A DNA stretch of 64,000 nt from Candidatus Bathyarchaeia archaeon (GCA_038727135.1 JAVYWL010000001.1:736001-800000), one strand, 5' to 3'. Positions 10,049-19,462 are shown, numbered from the stretch's first letter. The notes: generated from the letters alone by a model not told the origin. Program-made: numbers and translations.

Positions 10049-10961
10049 ATCTTCCTCCCTTCTCAACGGCGTTTTGAATGGCCACCTCCAACACTCTATC
10101 CACTGTGAGGTTGTCAATTTTTAGGTAGTAGGACGCAACGTCAACTATCGCTTTTAGGGGCGCCATTCCACAGAATTCTGAGCCCATCACTGGCACGTTG
10201 TAGCGTTCAGCCTCCACTTTTAAGAGTTCAAAGACACGATAGAGGGGGGTGGCCTCAAAATCGCTAATGCTCATCCCAATCTGTGTTATGTTCTTTTCTG
10301 GGATATAGGCCGCCATAGCTTTAACATTTGCAAGTCCACCTTTTTTCGAATGCAAAGCCTTAGCGATTTTCTTTGCAATTTTTAGGTCTGCTGTTCCAAG
10401 GTTTACATTGAATCCGGCCATAACCTTGCGGGCGCCAGTTATTGTGGCTCCAGCCGTAGGGTGGGGCTTGGCTGGACCAAAGTCTGGTTTGCGCTCCGGC
10501 TTAGCCATCATTTCCGCTAGCCTCTCATATTCGCCTTCCCGTATCCAGTCCAAGTCTCTTCTTTCCGGTTTTGTGGCGGCATCTCCGTAAAGGTAGACTG
10601 GCACGCCGCGTTCTTGGGCTAATTTTTTGCCAAACTTTCGCGCTAGCCTTATGCAGTCTTCTATTGTGGCGTTTTTTATTGGTATGAATGGGACAACGTC
10701 CACCGCGCCTATTCGTGGATGCTGCCCCTTATGGGTTCTCATGTCGATGAGCTCCACAGCCCTAAAAGCCATTTTTAACATGGCTTCAAGAACGGAACGC
10801 TTATCGCCGATAAATGAGATAACAAGCCGATTATAATAATTGTCAAAGGTGTAATCGAGCAAAAACGCTTTTTTGGTTGTTTTAAGCTCGTTTAAGATTT
10901 GTTCGACAACCTTTGGGTCTGAAGTGCTAAAATTCGGAACACACTCAATGATCTCCTTCAA
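10041..10961 (-). CDS. ftcD: Glutamate formiminotransferase (stand-alone FT domain)
   Basis: IECVPNFS, HKGQHPRIGAVDVVPF, PVYLY, PDFGP, HPTAGA; no cyclodeaminase domain. Confidence 0.92.
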   Translation of the reverse strand: MKEIIECVPNFSTSDPKVVEQILNELKTTKKAFLLDYTFDNYYNRLVISFIGDKRSVLEAMLKMAFRAVELIDMRTHKGQHPRIGAVDVVPFIPIKNATIEDCIRLARKFGKKLAQERGVPVYLYGDAATKPERRDLDWIREGEYERLAEMMAKPERKPDFGPAKPHPTAGATITGARKVMAGFNVNLGTADLKIAKKIAKALHSKKGGLANVKAMAAYIPEKNITQIGMSISDFEATPLYRVFELLKVEAERYNVPVMGSEFCGMAPLKAIVDVASYYLKIDNLTVDRVLEVAIQNAVEKGGRFE

Positions 10962-11089
10962 TGAGTTTCCACCGCCCTCCCCCTTCTATCATCCTCGGAG
11001 CCTAATTAAAGTTATTAGCAAACTCTGCCATTTTTAGAAAAGCTAAAATCGGCTTTAAATCCAAACTCTTATCCGCGCCTTGAAAACTG

Positions 11090-11710
11090 GTGGAGAAAGG
11101 CTTGACACAACGAGAGCTTGAGTTCGAAGTGCCAAAATGGAACCAAATATATAAAATGCTCATACAAATAGCGGAAAAAATAAGGAAAGACAATTTTAAG
11201 CCAGACGTAATTGTTGGCGTTTCCCGTGGCGGATGGCCCCCAGCAAGAGTCTTATCAGATCTCTTGGAGAATCCAAACCTCGCCAATGTTAAGGTTGAGT
11301 TCTATGTGGGTGTGGCTGAAACTAAGGGAGAGCCAACCCTAACACAGCCTGTTTCTGTTAATGTGGCCGGTAAAAGAGTGCTTGTTGTGGACGAGGTTGC
11401 CGACACTGGCAAAAGCCTCAAACTCATAAGGGAGCACTTGCAAAATGAAGGCGCCGCCGAGGTTAGGATTGCCGCTGTTTACCTCAAGCCATGGAGCATA
11501 ATAAAGCCGGACTATTACGCTAGAGAAACAAGCCGCTGGATAGTTTTCCCATGGGAAATAAAGGAAACCATAAGAAAAATAGTCAAAAAATGTAAGGAGC
11601 AAGGCGAGCCTGTTGAAAAGGATATGGAAAAACTGGTGAGGGCTGGCTTGTCCCGAAGGCTTGTTAACCATTTCTTGAAAGAGATTTGCGGGGAAGAAGG
11701 GGTTTGCTGA
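11090..11710 (+). CDS. Type I phosphoribosyltransferase (purine PRT-like)
   Basis: GVSRGG, VLVVDEVADTGKSL, WIVFPWE. Confidence 0.9.
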   Translation: MEKGLTQRELEFEVPKWNQIYKMLIQIAEKIRKDNFKPDVIVGVSRGGWPPARVLSDLLENPNLANVKVEFYVGVAETKGEPTLTQPVSVNVAGKRVLVVDEVADTGKSLKLIREHLQNEGAAEVRIAAVYLKPWSIIKPDYYARETSRWIVFPWEIKETIRKIVKKCKEQGEPVEKDMEKLVRAGLSRRLVNHFLKEICGEEGVC

Positions 11711-12270
11711 GATATCTCGAAGAGTTTGGCAAGTATGTGGCTATTGCCGGCTTCAAGGATGTGAAAGTGGCTGATGTTGAGGGTTTTCTTGAAACTGTTA
11801 GAAAATGTTTGACAAAAAATGTGGAAGCCCAGTTTTTTGATGCCGAGTTTGTGGCTACTTGGCAGCACTTGTATTTTGCAGTTTTAAATGCCTTGAACGC
11901 CTTCAAAAACGGCGTTAACATTTCAAAAAACCTAGCTGTGGAGGTGCTGCTTTATGCTTCTGCCCAGCGTCAAATTCGAAAAGCCATGAGCCTTCTTGGA
12001 GTAAAACCCAACTGTGAGGCGATTGCAGTTCTCGTCTTGGGGGAAAGGGCAGAAGATGTGGAGGCAGCCCTACAAGCCATATCAAAAATTGTTGGTGGAC
12101 GGCGTGACGATGCCGTTTTGGAACTTTCACGAGAAAAGATTGAGGCTATTCAAAAAGCCTTCGAAATTTCAAACGTGGAGCTCGAGGCAGTTGTGAGGGA
12201 AAACGACTTGGAGCAAGCCCTAGTTAACCTAGTCATCGAGCGTGTGGCGCTCTTGGCAACTGAGCGTTAA
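11704..12270 (+). CDS. cgi121: KEOPS complex subunit Cgi121
   Basis: HLYFAVLNA...ISKNLAVEVLLYASAQRQIRKA...LVIERVAL. Confidence 0.9.
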   Translation: MLRYLEEFGKYVAIAGFKDVKVADVEGFLETVRKCLTKNVEAQFFDAEFVATWQHLYFAVLNALNAFKNGVNISKNLAVEVLLYASAQRQIRKAMSLLGVKPNCEAIAVLVLGERAEDVEAALQAISKIVGGRRDDAVLELSREKIEAIQKAFEISNVELEAVVRENDLEQALVNLVIERVALLATER

Positions 12271-12803
12271 AGCACTTTCTCCTTCACAATTGATAGAATG
12301 TCTTCCGGCTTAATCACCGAAAGCCCGGTCAACCCGCCGATAACTTCGATTAGGAGAATCTTGTCAGGCTTGTTTAGGTCCACTTTGCGTTCAATGTTGG
12401 CTGCTGCCGCCTCAATAATGTCCCTTGTTGAAGTTTCCGTGAAGCGCTTCTCAACGGTAATCCTGAAAGTTTCGTTTTTGCCGATTTTTGAGCTTAGTTC
12501 TATGGCTGCCCGCTGGATTTCCCCCAAATCTGTGCGGATAACCTTCTCTATTGGGATTATGCGCAGTGTATAGCGGAACTCGTAGGGGCGTTCTCGGAGA
12601 ATCTGCCTAAACTTTTCAATAACTTCAAAGGGGTTGAAAGCCGTTTTTGCTGCAATTAAACCAGCCACTCCAGTCTTGTCCACAACAGGTGCCGAGTCTC
12701 CGATCTCGCCAAGCAAATACCAAAGTTCGGAGCAAGCCTCATCTTCGTTTCCTCTTGAAGTTGTGGCTAAAAGGTTGAAGTCCCTAAGCACATAACCACC
12801 CAC
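12267..12803 (-). CDS. THUMP domain protein (Tan1/THUMPD1-like)
   Basis: FNLLATT, RIIPIE, TFRITVEKR, KVDLNKPDKILLIEVIG. Confidence 0.9.
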   Translation of the reverse strand: MGGYVLRDFNLLATTSRGNEDEACSELWYLLGEIGDSAPVVDKTGVAGLIAAKTAFNPFEVIEKFRQILRERPYEFRYTLRIIPIEKVIRTDLGEIQRAAIELSSKIGKNETFRITVEKRFTETSTRDIIEAAAANIERKVDLNKPDKILLIEVIGGLTGLSVIKPEDILSIVKEKVL

Positions 12804-12810
12804 TATAAGT

Positions 12811-12883
12811 TTTGGTCAGTGCAGGTTAGTTGGCTTTTCACAGCTTTGGAAGGCTCCTAGCCGTCGCCTCACATCATCCCAAA
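12811..12883 (-). ncRNA. Box C/D-like double K-turn small RNA
   Basis: Minus strand reads UUUGG-G-AUGAUGU...A-CUGA-CCAAA: 5-bp terminal stem, 3-nt bulge, tandem G.A pairs and a compensatory U-A pair; second K-turn-like motif GGCU-AGGA-GC...GC-UGU-GAAA-AGCC. Confidence 0.7.
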
Positions 12884-12988
12884 TATTACTTCCATAAACA
12901 TGAATTTATCTGTTTTGATGGTTCATAAGGATTAGGCTTAAATTTATGGGCGTAGACTCTATCTTTCCAAAGTTCGGGGGAAGGGCAA

Positions 12989-13942
12989 ACGCCAAAACCC
13001 GTAATCGTTGTACATGGCGGCGCTGGAAACTGGCAGCCAGAACGCATAAACCCGGGACTTGAGGGCGTAAAAAAGGCGGCTAAAACAGGCTTTGACATTT
13101 TGGCTAAGGGTGGAAGTGCCCTTGACGCTGTTGTTGAGGCTGTCGCCGTTATGGAGGATGAAGGCGTCTTCAACGCTGGTTATGGTTCAAGCCTAACAAT
13201 AAAGAAGACCGTGGAGATGGAAGCCTCAGTCATGGATGGAAAAACTTTGAAGGCTGGGGCTGCCGGGCTCTTGCGGGACATTAGGAATCCGGTTAGGCTT
13301 GCACGAATTGTTATGGAGAAGACAGACCACGTCTTCATTGTTGGCGAGGGAGCAGAAAAGCTCGCAAAACTGTTCAACCTTGAAAGGCGGAACCCGCTTA
13401 CGGAGCTCCGCCTAAAATATTATGAGCAGGCGAAGCAAGCCCTTCTGGATGGCAAGTTTGAACTGCCAAAACTTGCAGAACTGGTTAAAAGTCATCCAGA
13501 ACTTTTTGATCTTGAAACGGTTGGCGCTGTTGCCTTGGATTTGGAGGGAAATGTTGCAGCTGCCACATCCACAGGCGGTTTTCCATTGAAGATTCCTGGA
13601 AGGATTGGCGACTCGCCCTTGATTGGATGTGGCACCTACGCCGATAATAGGAGTGGTGCTTGTTCCGCCACAGGCGTTGGCGAAATCGCCATAAGGCTTG
13701 TTTTGGCGAAGACCGTTTGCAACTACATGGAGAGCGGCAAAACCGCACAGGAGGCTGTTGAAGCCGCCATAAGACTTGTTAATGAGCGGATGGCTGGAAC
13801 CTACAACTCCATGGGTTTAATCGCCGTGGACAAGCAGGGAGAAATTGGAGCCGCCCACAACTCTAAACATTTATGTTGGGCTTATCTTAAACCTGGAATG
13901 CAGGAGCCGGAAGCGGCATTAACGGCAAAAATTCTGAAGTAA
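12989..13942 (+). CDS. Isoaspartyl peptidase/L-asparaginase (Ntn hydrolase); apparent ACG start
   Basis: The conserved PKPVIVVHGGAG N-terminus lies upstream of the ORF-track start; ETVGAVA nucleophile Thr, TSTGG, GRIGDSP, TGVGE. Confidence 0.9.
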   Translation, partial: TPKPVIVVHGGAGNWQPERINPGLEGVKKAAKTGFDILAKGGSALDAVVEAVAVMEDEGVFNAGYGSSLTIKKTVEMEASVMDGKTLKAGAAGLLRDIRNPVRLARIVMEKTDHVFIVGEGAEKLAKLFNLERRNPLTELRLKYYEQAKQALLDGKFELPKLAELVKSHPELFDLETVGAVALDLEGNVAAATSTGGFPLKIPGRIGDSPLIGCGTYADNRSGACSATGVGEIAIRLVLAKTVCNYMESGKTAQEAVEAAIRLVNERMAGTYNSMGLIAVDKQGEIGAAHNSKHLCWAYLKPGMQEPEAALTAKILK

Positions 13943-14060
13943 ACCTTTTAAAATATGGGCGTGTAATCAAGGAGGTTTCTCGACAGCAGTCGAAAGAAAA
14001 TGCTTAAAGCAGTCTTTTGAGGCTCTCACTATGCCAAGCCCACGGTTAGGGGAGGTGAAA

Positions 14061-14135
14061 ATGGTGTTCGAGGAAGAAGAGGAATGGGAAGAGGAAGACT
14101 GGGAAGAAGAAGAGTGGGAAGAAGAGGAATGGTAA
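14061..14135 (+). CDS. 24-aa hyperacidic micro-protein MVFEEEEEWEEEDWEEEEWEEEEW
   Basis: SD GGAGGTGA just upstream of ATG, mixed synonymous Glu codons, TAA stop, downstream T-rich tract. Confidence 0.65.
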   Translation: MVFEEEEEWEEEDWEEEEWEEEEW

Positions 14136-14263
14136 AAACCTTGAAGAAGTTTATGTTTCCCTCGTTTTCTTTTTAACCCGAAAAGTTTTTAGCACCGCGC
14201 CAATCTGATTTTAGGCTCATATTTATGTTGTGAGACACATAACTAGATAGTTGCTGGTAAACT

Positions 14264-16063
14264 ATGACGCGTGTGGCAGTGTTAGACTCTGATAAGTGCA
14301 AGCCTAAGCGTTGTGGAAAACAGTGCCAACGCTTTTGCCCAATGGTGAGGAGCCACGTTGAGGCAATCCGCTTCGAAGACACAAAACCACTGATTGTTGA
14401 GGCTCTCTGCTCCGGTTGTGGAATATGCGTCAAAAAATGCCCGTTCAGCGCCATATCAATAGTGAACCTTCCAGACGAGCTGGAAAAGGAGTGCAGCCAC
14501 AGGTTCGGACCAAACACCTTCAAACTTTATAGGCTTCCAACACCATCACCTGGCACTGTTCTGGGGCTTCTTGGGAAAAATGGAATTGGAAAGACAACAA
14601 CATTAAAGATTCTTTCCGGCGAGGTTAAGCCAAACCTTGGAAATTATGAGAATCCGCCCAGCTGGAGCGAAATTATAAGATATTTTAGGGGTTCAGTGCT
14701 GCAGGACTATTTCCAGCGGATGAGTGAGGGCAAACTTAAAGTTGTGCATAAGCCCCAATATGTTGACAAGATTGCAAGAGCCGTTTCAGGAAGGGTTGGC
14801 GAGCTTCTCAGAAAAGTGGATGAGCGGGGCGTTCTTGAAAATGTTGCTGAAAGACTTGAGTTGAAAACCATCTGGGATAGACCCATCGAAGCTCTAAGCG
14901 GCGGCGAACTGCAGAGGGTGGCTGTAGCCGCAGCGATATGCAGGGAAGCCGACGTTTACCTTTTCGACGAGCCCTCCAGCTATCTTGACGTGAAACAAAG
15001 GCTTGAGGTTGCCAGAGCCATAAGAAGCCTAAAAAATGAGGGAAAAATTGTCGTTGTAGCCGAACACGACCTTGCAATAATCGACTACCTCTCAGACCAA
15101 ATATGCATATTCTACGGCGAGGCTGGCGTTTACGGAATAGTTTCCCACGTGCACGGCGTTAGGACGGGCATAAACATTTACCTTCAAGGCTATATTCCAG
15201 ATGAAAATATCCGCTTCAGAAAAGAAGCAATAGTATTTCATGAAAAACCACCGACCATAAGCTTCGGAGCTGGAGAAACTCTCCTGAAATGGGATAGATT
15301 GGAAAAGACCTATGAAGGCTTCAAACTCGTCGCCCAGCCAGGAGAAATCAGAAAGGGCGAGATAATAGGGATTCTTGGACCAAACGGCATTGGAAAAACA
15401 ACCTTTGTAAAAATATTGGCTGGCTTGGAGAAAACCGACGATGGGAAAGAATTCAAAGAGCTAACAGTAAGCTACAAGCCACAATACATTTCTGCTGAAT
15501 ACGAGGGCACAGTGCAGGAACTTTTAACAAGTATAGCGAAGGAGGACTTCACATCGGGCTGGTACAAGGCTGAAATCCTCCAGCCTCTTGGAATTACGCC
15601 GCTTTTGGAGAGAAACATAGCCGAGCTAAGCGGCGGCGAACTTCAGAAGGTTGCCATAGCCGCATGCCTATCCAGAAAGGCTGAACTTTATCTTCTAGAC
15701 GAGCCAAGCGCCTACTTGGACGTTGAGGAGAGGCTTAACATGGCGAGAACCATACGCCGAGTAATAGAGGCTAGAAACGCCACAGCCTTCGTTGTTGAAC
15801 ATGACGTTGTCGCTCAAGACTTTATTGCAGACCGTTTAATGGTTTTCACGGGCGAACCGGGAATAAGGGGCGTAGCCAACCCGCCCACAAGCCTAAGGGA
15901 TGGGATGAACGCTTTCCTAAGAGAGATGAATGTAACCTTCAGAAGAGACCCGGTCACGAAGAGACCCCGCGTCAACAAGGAGGGCTCAAAGCTGGACAAG
16001 TATCAGAAGGAGATAGGCGAATACTATTATGTTAGGCATGTAGCCATAACAGAAGAGGATTAA
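14264..16063 (+). CDS. rli1: Ribosome recycling ATPase ABCE1/Rli1
   Basis: N-terminal FeS cysteines (CKPKRC...CSGCGICVKKCP) and two ABC domains (GKNGIGKT, GPNGIGKT, LSGGELQ). Confidence 0.97.
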   Translation: MTRVAVLDSDKCKPKRCGKQCQRFCPMVRSHVEAIRFEDTKPLIVEALCSGCGICVKKCPFSAISIVNLPDELEKECSHRFGPNTFKLYRLPTPSPGTVLGLLGKNGIGKTTTLKILSGEVKPNLGNYENPPSWSEIIRYFRGSVLQDYFQRMSEGKLKVVHKPQYVDKIARAVSGRVGELLRKVDERGVLENVAERLELKTIWDRPIEALSGGELQRVAVAAAICREADVYLFDEPSSYLDVKQRLEVARAIRSLKNEGKIVVVAEHDLAIIDYLSDQICIFYGEAGVYGIVSHVHGVRTGINIYLQGYIPDENIRFRKEAIVFHEKPPTISFGAGETLLKWDRLEKTYEGFKLVAQPGEIRKGEIIGILGPNGIGKTTFVKILAGLEKTDDGKEFKELTVSYKPQYISAEYEGTVQELLTSIAKEDFTSGWYKAEILQPLGITPLLERNIAELSGGELQKVAIAACLSRKAELYLLDEPSAYLDVEERLNMARTIRRVIEARNATAFVVEHDVVAQDFIADRLMVFTGEPGIRGVANPPTSLRDGMNAFLREMNVTFRRDPVTKRPRVNKEGSKLDKYQKEIGEYYYVRHVAITEED

Positions 16064-16065
16064 AC

Positions 16066-16488
16066 ATGGTTAAAATTGGTGAGGCGGAGCAGGCCCTTTT
16101 AAAGGAAGCCTCAAAGGCTTTAGCGAACGCCTATGTGCTTTGGGGTTTTGGCGTTGGCGCGGCAGTTCTGGCTGAGGACGGAAAGATTTATGGCGGCTGC
16201 AATGTTGAAAGCTGGGTTTCCGGGCTTGGCATCTGTGCTGAAAGAAACGCCATAAACCACGCCATTTTACACGGGAACAAGAGGATTAAGGCAATAGCCG
16301 TTGCGACAGATGCCAAAAACGAGGGTGAAATAAAACCTTGCGGGGCTTGCCTCCAATATATTTCGGACTTCGCCGAAAGCTCCGAAATTAAAATTGTCAT
16401 GGCAAAAGTTGAAAACACTCAAGTGTTGTTTGAAACGGTTAAGATAAAGCGGCTCAAGGAGCTCCTCCCAGAGCCTTTTGAGAAATGA
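16066..16488 (+). CDS. cdd: Cytidine deaminase (homotetrameric type)
   Basis: GCNVE, ICAERNA and PCGAC zinc motifs. Confidence 0.85.
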   Translation: MVKIGEAEQALLKEASKALANAYVLWGFGVGAAVLAEDGKIYGGCNVESWVSGLGICAERNAINHAILHGNKRIKAIAVATDAKNEGEIKPCGACLQYISDFAESSEIKIVMAKVENTQVLFETVKIKRLKELLPEPFEK

Positions 16489-16573
16489 GCTGTTCACATG
16501 AAACGGCATAGTTAAATTAATGTGCATGCCGCGTATACATACGTTAAAGTGGCCCTGCTGAATGAGGTGACTG

Positions 16574-18112
16574 GTGGAGGCTAGCGTGGCACAGGTAACC
16601 TTCGAAGAAATAAGTGCATCAGATTTCTTCTATAGAAACCGTGACATAGCAGGATTCACAAACCCAACGAGAGCCATTTTTGCGGCGATCCGTGAACTTG
16701 TGGAAAACTCTTTGGATGCTGCTGAAAGCCTCAAAATACCACCAGAGATTTATGTTAGGCTCTCCTTTGAGGGCGAGGCGAGCAAGGAAACCCAAATCTA
16801 CAAGCTACGTGTTGAGGATAATGGCTGTGGTGTCCCGCCTAGGCATATCCCTTCAGCTTTTGGGCAAGTGCTTTTCGGTTCAAAGTATAAGCTGAAACAG
16901 CAGAGGGGAACCTTCGGCTTAGGCGGTAAAATGGCTATTTTGTATGGGCAGATAACAACCCACCAGCCAGCCACAATAATTTCCAGTACTGGCATGTCAA
17001 GGATTTACATGTACAAGCTTATGATTGACATTCAACGAAACCGCCCAATAATCCTTGACCGAAAGGTGTTTTTGAACAAGGAGGGCTGGCGCGGCACCAT
17101 TGTCGAGTTCTGCCTTGAAGGCGACTATTTGAGGGCTATGCCAAAAATCCTAGAATATTTCAAGCAGACGGCTATGGTGAACCCCTACGCCAACCTCACC
17201 TTCGTAGATCCGAAAGGCAGACTCTACAAGTTTACTAGGGCAACCACAGTTATGCCGGACCCGCCAAAAGAGACTTTACCCCACCCATACGGCGTTGATG
17301 TGGAGCTTCTCCAACGCCTCATACAGGTTACGCCCTACAACAACATGCTCGAGTTTCTGAAAAACCACTTCCATCGTGTGGGCGAAATAACAGCCAGAAA
17401 GTTCCTAGAGTTCAGTGGCATAAGCCCATCCAAAAACCCGAAGAAGCTATCCCACGAGGAAATTGTCCGGCTTATGCATATGCTGAAAAAGTTTAAGGAG
17501 TTCCTCCCACCAGACGCCAGTTGCCTCTCCCCACTAGGTGAGGAACTGCTAAAAACAGGCGTTTTAAAAGAGCTTAAACCAGAGTTTGTGGCGGTTCACC
17601 AGCGGAAGCCCGCTACTTATGCTGGACACCCCTTCATTGTGGAAGTGGCAATAGCCTATGGCGGGGAAATCCCACAGAAAGGCGGCTTCCTAATATACCG
17701 CTTCGCAAATAGGATTCCACTTCTTTATGATGAGGCAAGTGACGTTTCAGTCAAGGTTATAAATGAAATGAACTGGCGACGCTACAAGGTTACGCCGGAC
17801 ATGCCCATAGCAATAGTTGTCCACATCTGCAGCACAAAAGTCCCCTACAAAACTGTCGGAAAAGAGTTTATAGCCGACAGACCGGAAGTCCGGCGGGAGA
17901 TAGCCAACGGCTTAAGGGAAGTAGCACGCCAACTCCAGCGTTTCTTAACACGAAGAGAGCACGTGGACAGAGAGCGCAAACGCCTAGGAGTTTTCAGCAA
18001 ATACTTGCCAAAAATTGCCGAGTTCTCCACAAAACTTGCCGGCAAGAAGAAGCCTCCAGACATCGAGAAGCTTTTAAGGAGTGTGAGAAGGTTTGGAGTC
18101 GAGGGAATTTAA
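16574..18112 (+). CDS. top6B: DNA topoisomerase VI subunit B
   Basis: ELVENSLDA, DNGCG, RGTFGLG, RFANRIPL. Confidence 0.96.
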   Translation: MEASVAQVTFEEISASDFFYRNRDIAGFTNPTRAIFAAIRELVENSLDAAESLKIPPEIYVRLSFEGEASKETQIYKLRVEDNGCGVPPRHIPSAFGQVLFGSKYKLKQQRGTFGLGGKMAILYGQITTHQPATIISSTGMSRIYMYKLMIDIQRNRPIILDRKVFLNKEGWRGTIVEFCLEGDYLRAMPKILEYFKQTAMVNPYANLTFVDPKGRLYKFTRATTVMPDPPKETLPHPYGVDVELLQRLIQVTPYNNMLEFLKNHFHRVGEITARKFLEFSGISPSKNPKKLSHEEIVRLMHMLKKFKEFLPPDASCLSPLGEELLKTGVLKELKPEFVAVHQRKPATYAGHPFIVEVAIAYGGEIPQKGGFLIYRFANRIPLLYDEASDVSVKVINEMNWRRYKVTPDMPIAIVVHICSTKVPYKTVGKEFIADRPEVRREIANGLREVARQLQRFLTRREHVDRERKRLGVFSKYLPKIAEFSTKLAGKKKPPDIEKLLRSVRRFGVEGI

Positions 18113-19184
18113 AAGCATAATGGAAAGGCGAAAAGAAGTTTTAACAAGTCTTGAAAATTTTGGATTGAAAATTTACGAGCAGCTTGATAGGGGATATTTC
18201 CCATCCATTGAAATGCCAAGCCGATCAACAGAAAACATCTATTATGATCCAAAATTTAGGCAGTTCATTTTAGGCGATAAGCGTGTTAGGCGAAGCACCC
18301 GCAACATCCGCCACTTGAAACCCTTCGCCCAGCTGGTTTGGACGGCGCTTTTCTCCTATGAACTTACAAGCCAACGTAAGACATCCACCCTAAGAGACGT
18401 TTACTATTCGGCGCAAGCCTACGAAATGACCTTCAAAGACCAGCAAGAATCCAACAACATAATAACAGACTTGGAAACGGTTTTGGGCTTCTCACGAGAA
18501 GACTTTAATATCTTCCCAGAAGAGCGTTCAGCTGTCTTCGGAGACCTAACAATACGCTATACAGTACCGGGCTACGAGGGAAAAACCCTAAACTTGACTT
18601 CCCACCCAGACGGTGTCATGATTGGACCAGCCCTAACCTCCGCGGAGTTTGTCGAAACCACAGCTGACAAAGTGATAGCCATAGAGAAGGGCGGCTTGTT
18701 CACCCGCTTTATTGAAGAGAATGTGCATAAAAAGTTCAACGCCCTGCTGGTGCTTACGGCTGGACAAGCGCCAAGAGCAACCCGCCATTTTATTAGGCGA
18801 CTAAACCGCGAACTCGGCTTGCCAGTCTACATTTTCACGGACGGCGACCCGTGGGGAATGCACATAGCCATGGTCATAATTTCCGGTTCGGCGAATGCCG
18901 CCCACCTAAGAGATTTGACAACGCCGGATGCCAAATGGAGTGGCGTTTGGGCAACAGACATTGTCAAATATAAGCTGCCAACAGACCCGCTGGACGAGAT
19001 TGACATGAAGAGGCTGTATGAACTTCAGAAAGACCCGAGATATAAGGAGGACCCCCTATGGCAAAGGGAAATTAAAACTTTCATGAAGATTAAGCGCAAG
19101 GCTGAGCAGGAGGCTTTCAGCAGATATGGGCTGACCTACATTGTGGACGAGTACTTGCCAGCAAAACTCGAAGAGACAAAATAG
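18093..19184 (+). CDS. top6A: DNA topoisomerase VI subunit A
   Basis: TLRDVYY catalytic Tyr, IEKGG, TDGDPWG, KAEQEA. Confidence 0.96.
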   Translation: MESREFKSIMERRKEVLTSLENFGLKIYEQLDRGYFPSIEMPSRSTENIYYDPKFRQFILGDKRVRRSTRNIRHLKPFAQLVWTALFSYELTSQRKTSTLRDVYYSAQAYEMTFKDQQESNNIITDLETVLGFSREDFNIFPEERSAVFGDLTIRYTVPGYEGKTLNLTSHPDGVMIGPALTSAEFVETTADKVIAIEKGGLFTRFIEENVHKKFNALLVLTAGQAPRATRHFIRRLNRELGLPVYIFTDGDPWGMHIAMVIISGSANAAHLRDLTTPDAKWSGVWATDIVKYKLPTDPLDEIDMKRLYELQKDPRYKEDPLWQREIKTFMKIKRKAEQEAFSRYGLTYIVDEYLPAKLEETK

Positions 19185-19264
19185 CCCTTATAAAAGGGGA
19201 AATTTAAAATAACCCTCAATGCTTTATGTAGAAGGACACTGCAAACCTTTAGAGGCTGAAAAGT

Positions 19265-19462
19265 ATGAGCGAAGAAGGCGGCTTCGGAATAACAGCTGCA
19301 GAAAAATTCTTTGGGCTAATTCTAGTGATTGTTGGCGCTTTGGCTACACACTTCACTTTAACAAGCAGCAGCACGCTGGGCGTTTACACGTGGTTTTTTG
19401 GATTTTTAGCCATAGTCTTACTTGCACTTGGAGTTTTCCTCATAATCGCCAAGGCTGAGTAG
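19265..19462 (+). CDS. Small two-TM membrane protein
   Basis: 65 aa with two hydrophobic segments; fills the intergenic gap. Confidence 0.65.
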   Translation: MSEEGGFGITAAEKFFGLILVIVGALATHFTLTSSSTLGVYTWFFGFLAIVLLALGVFLIIAKAE

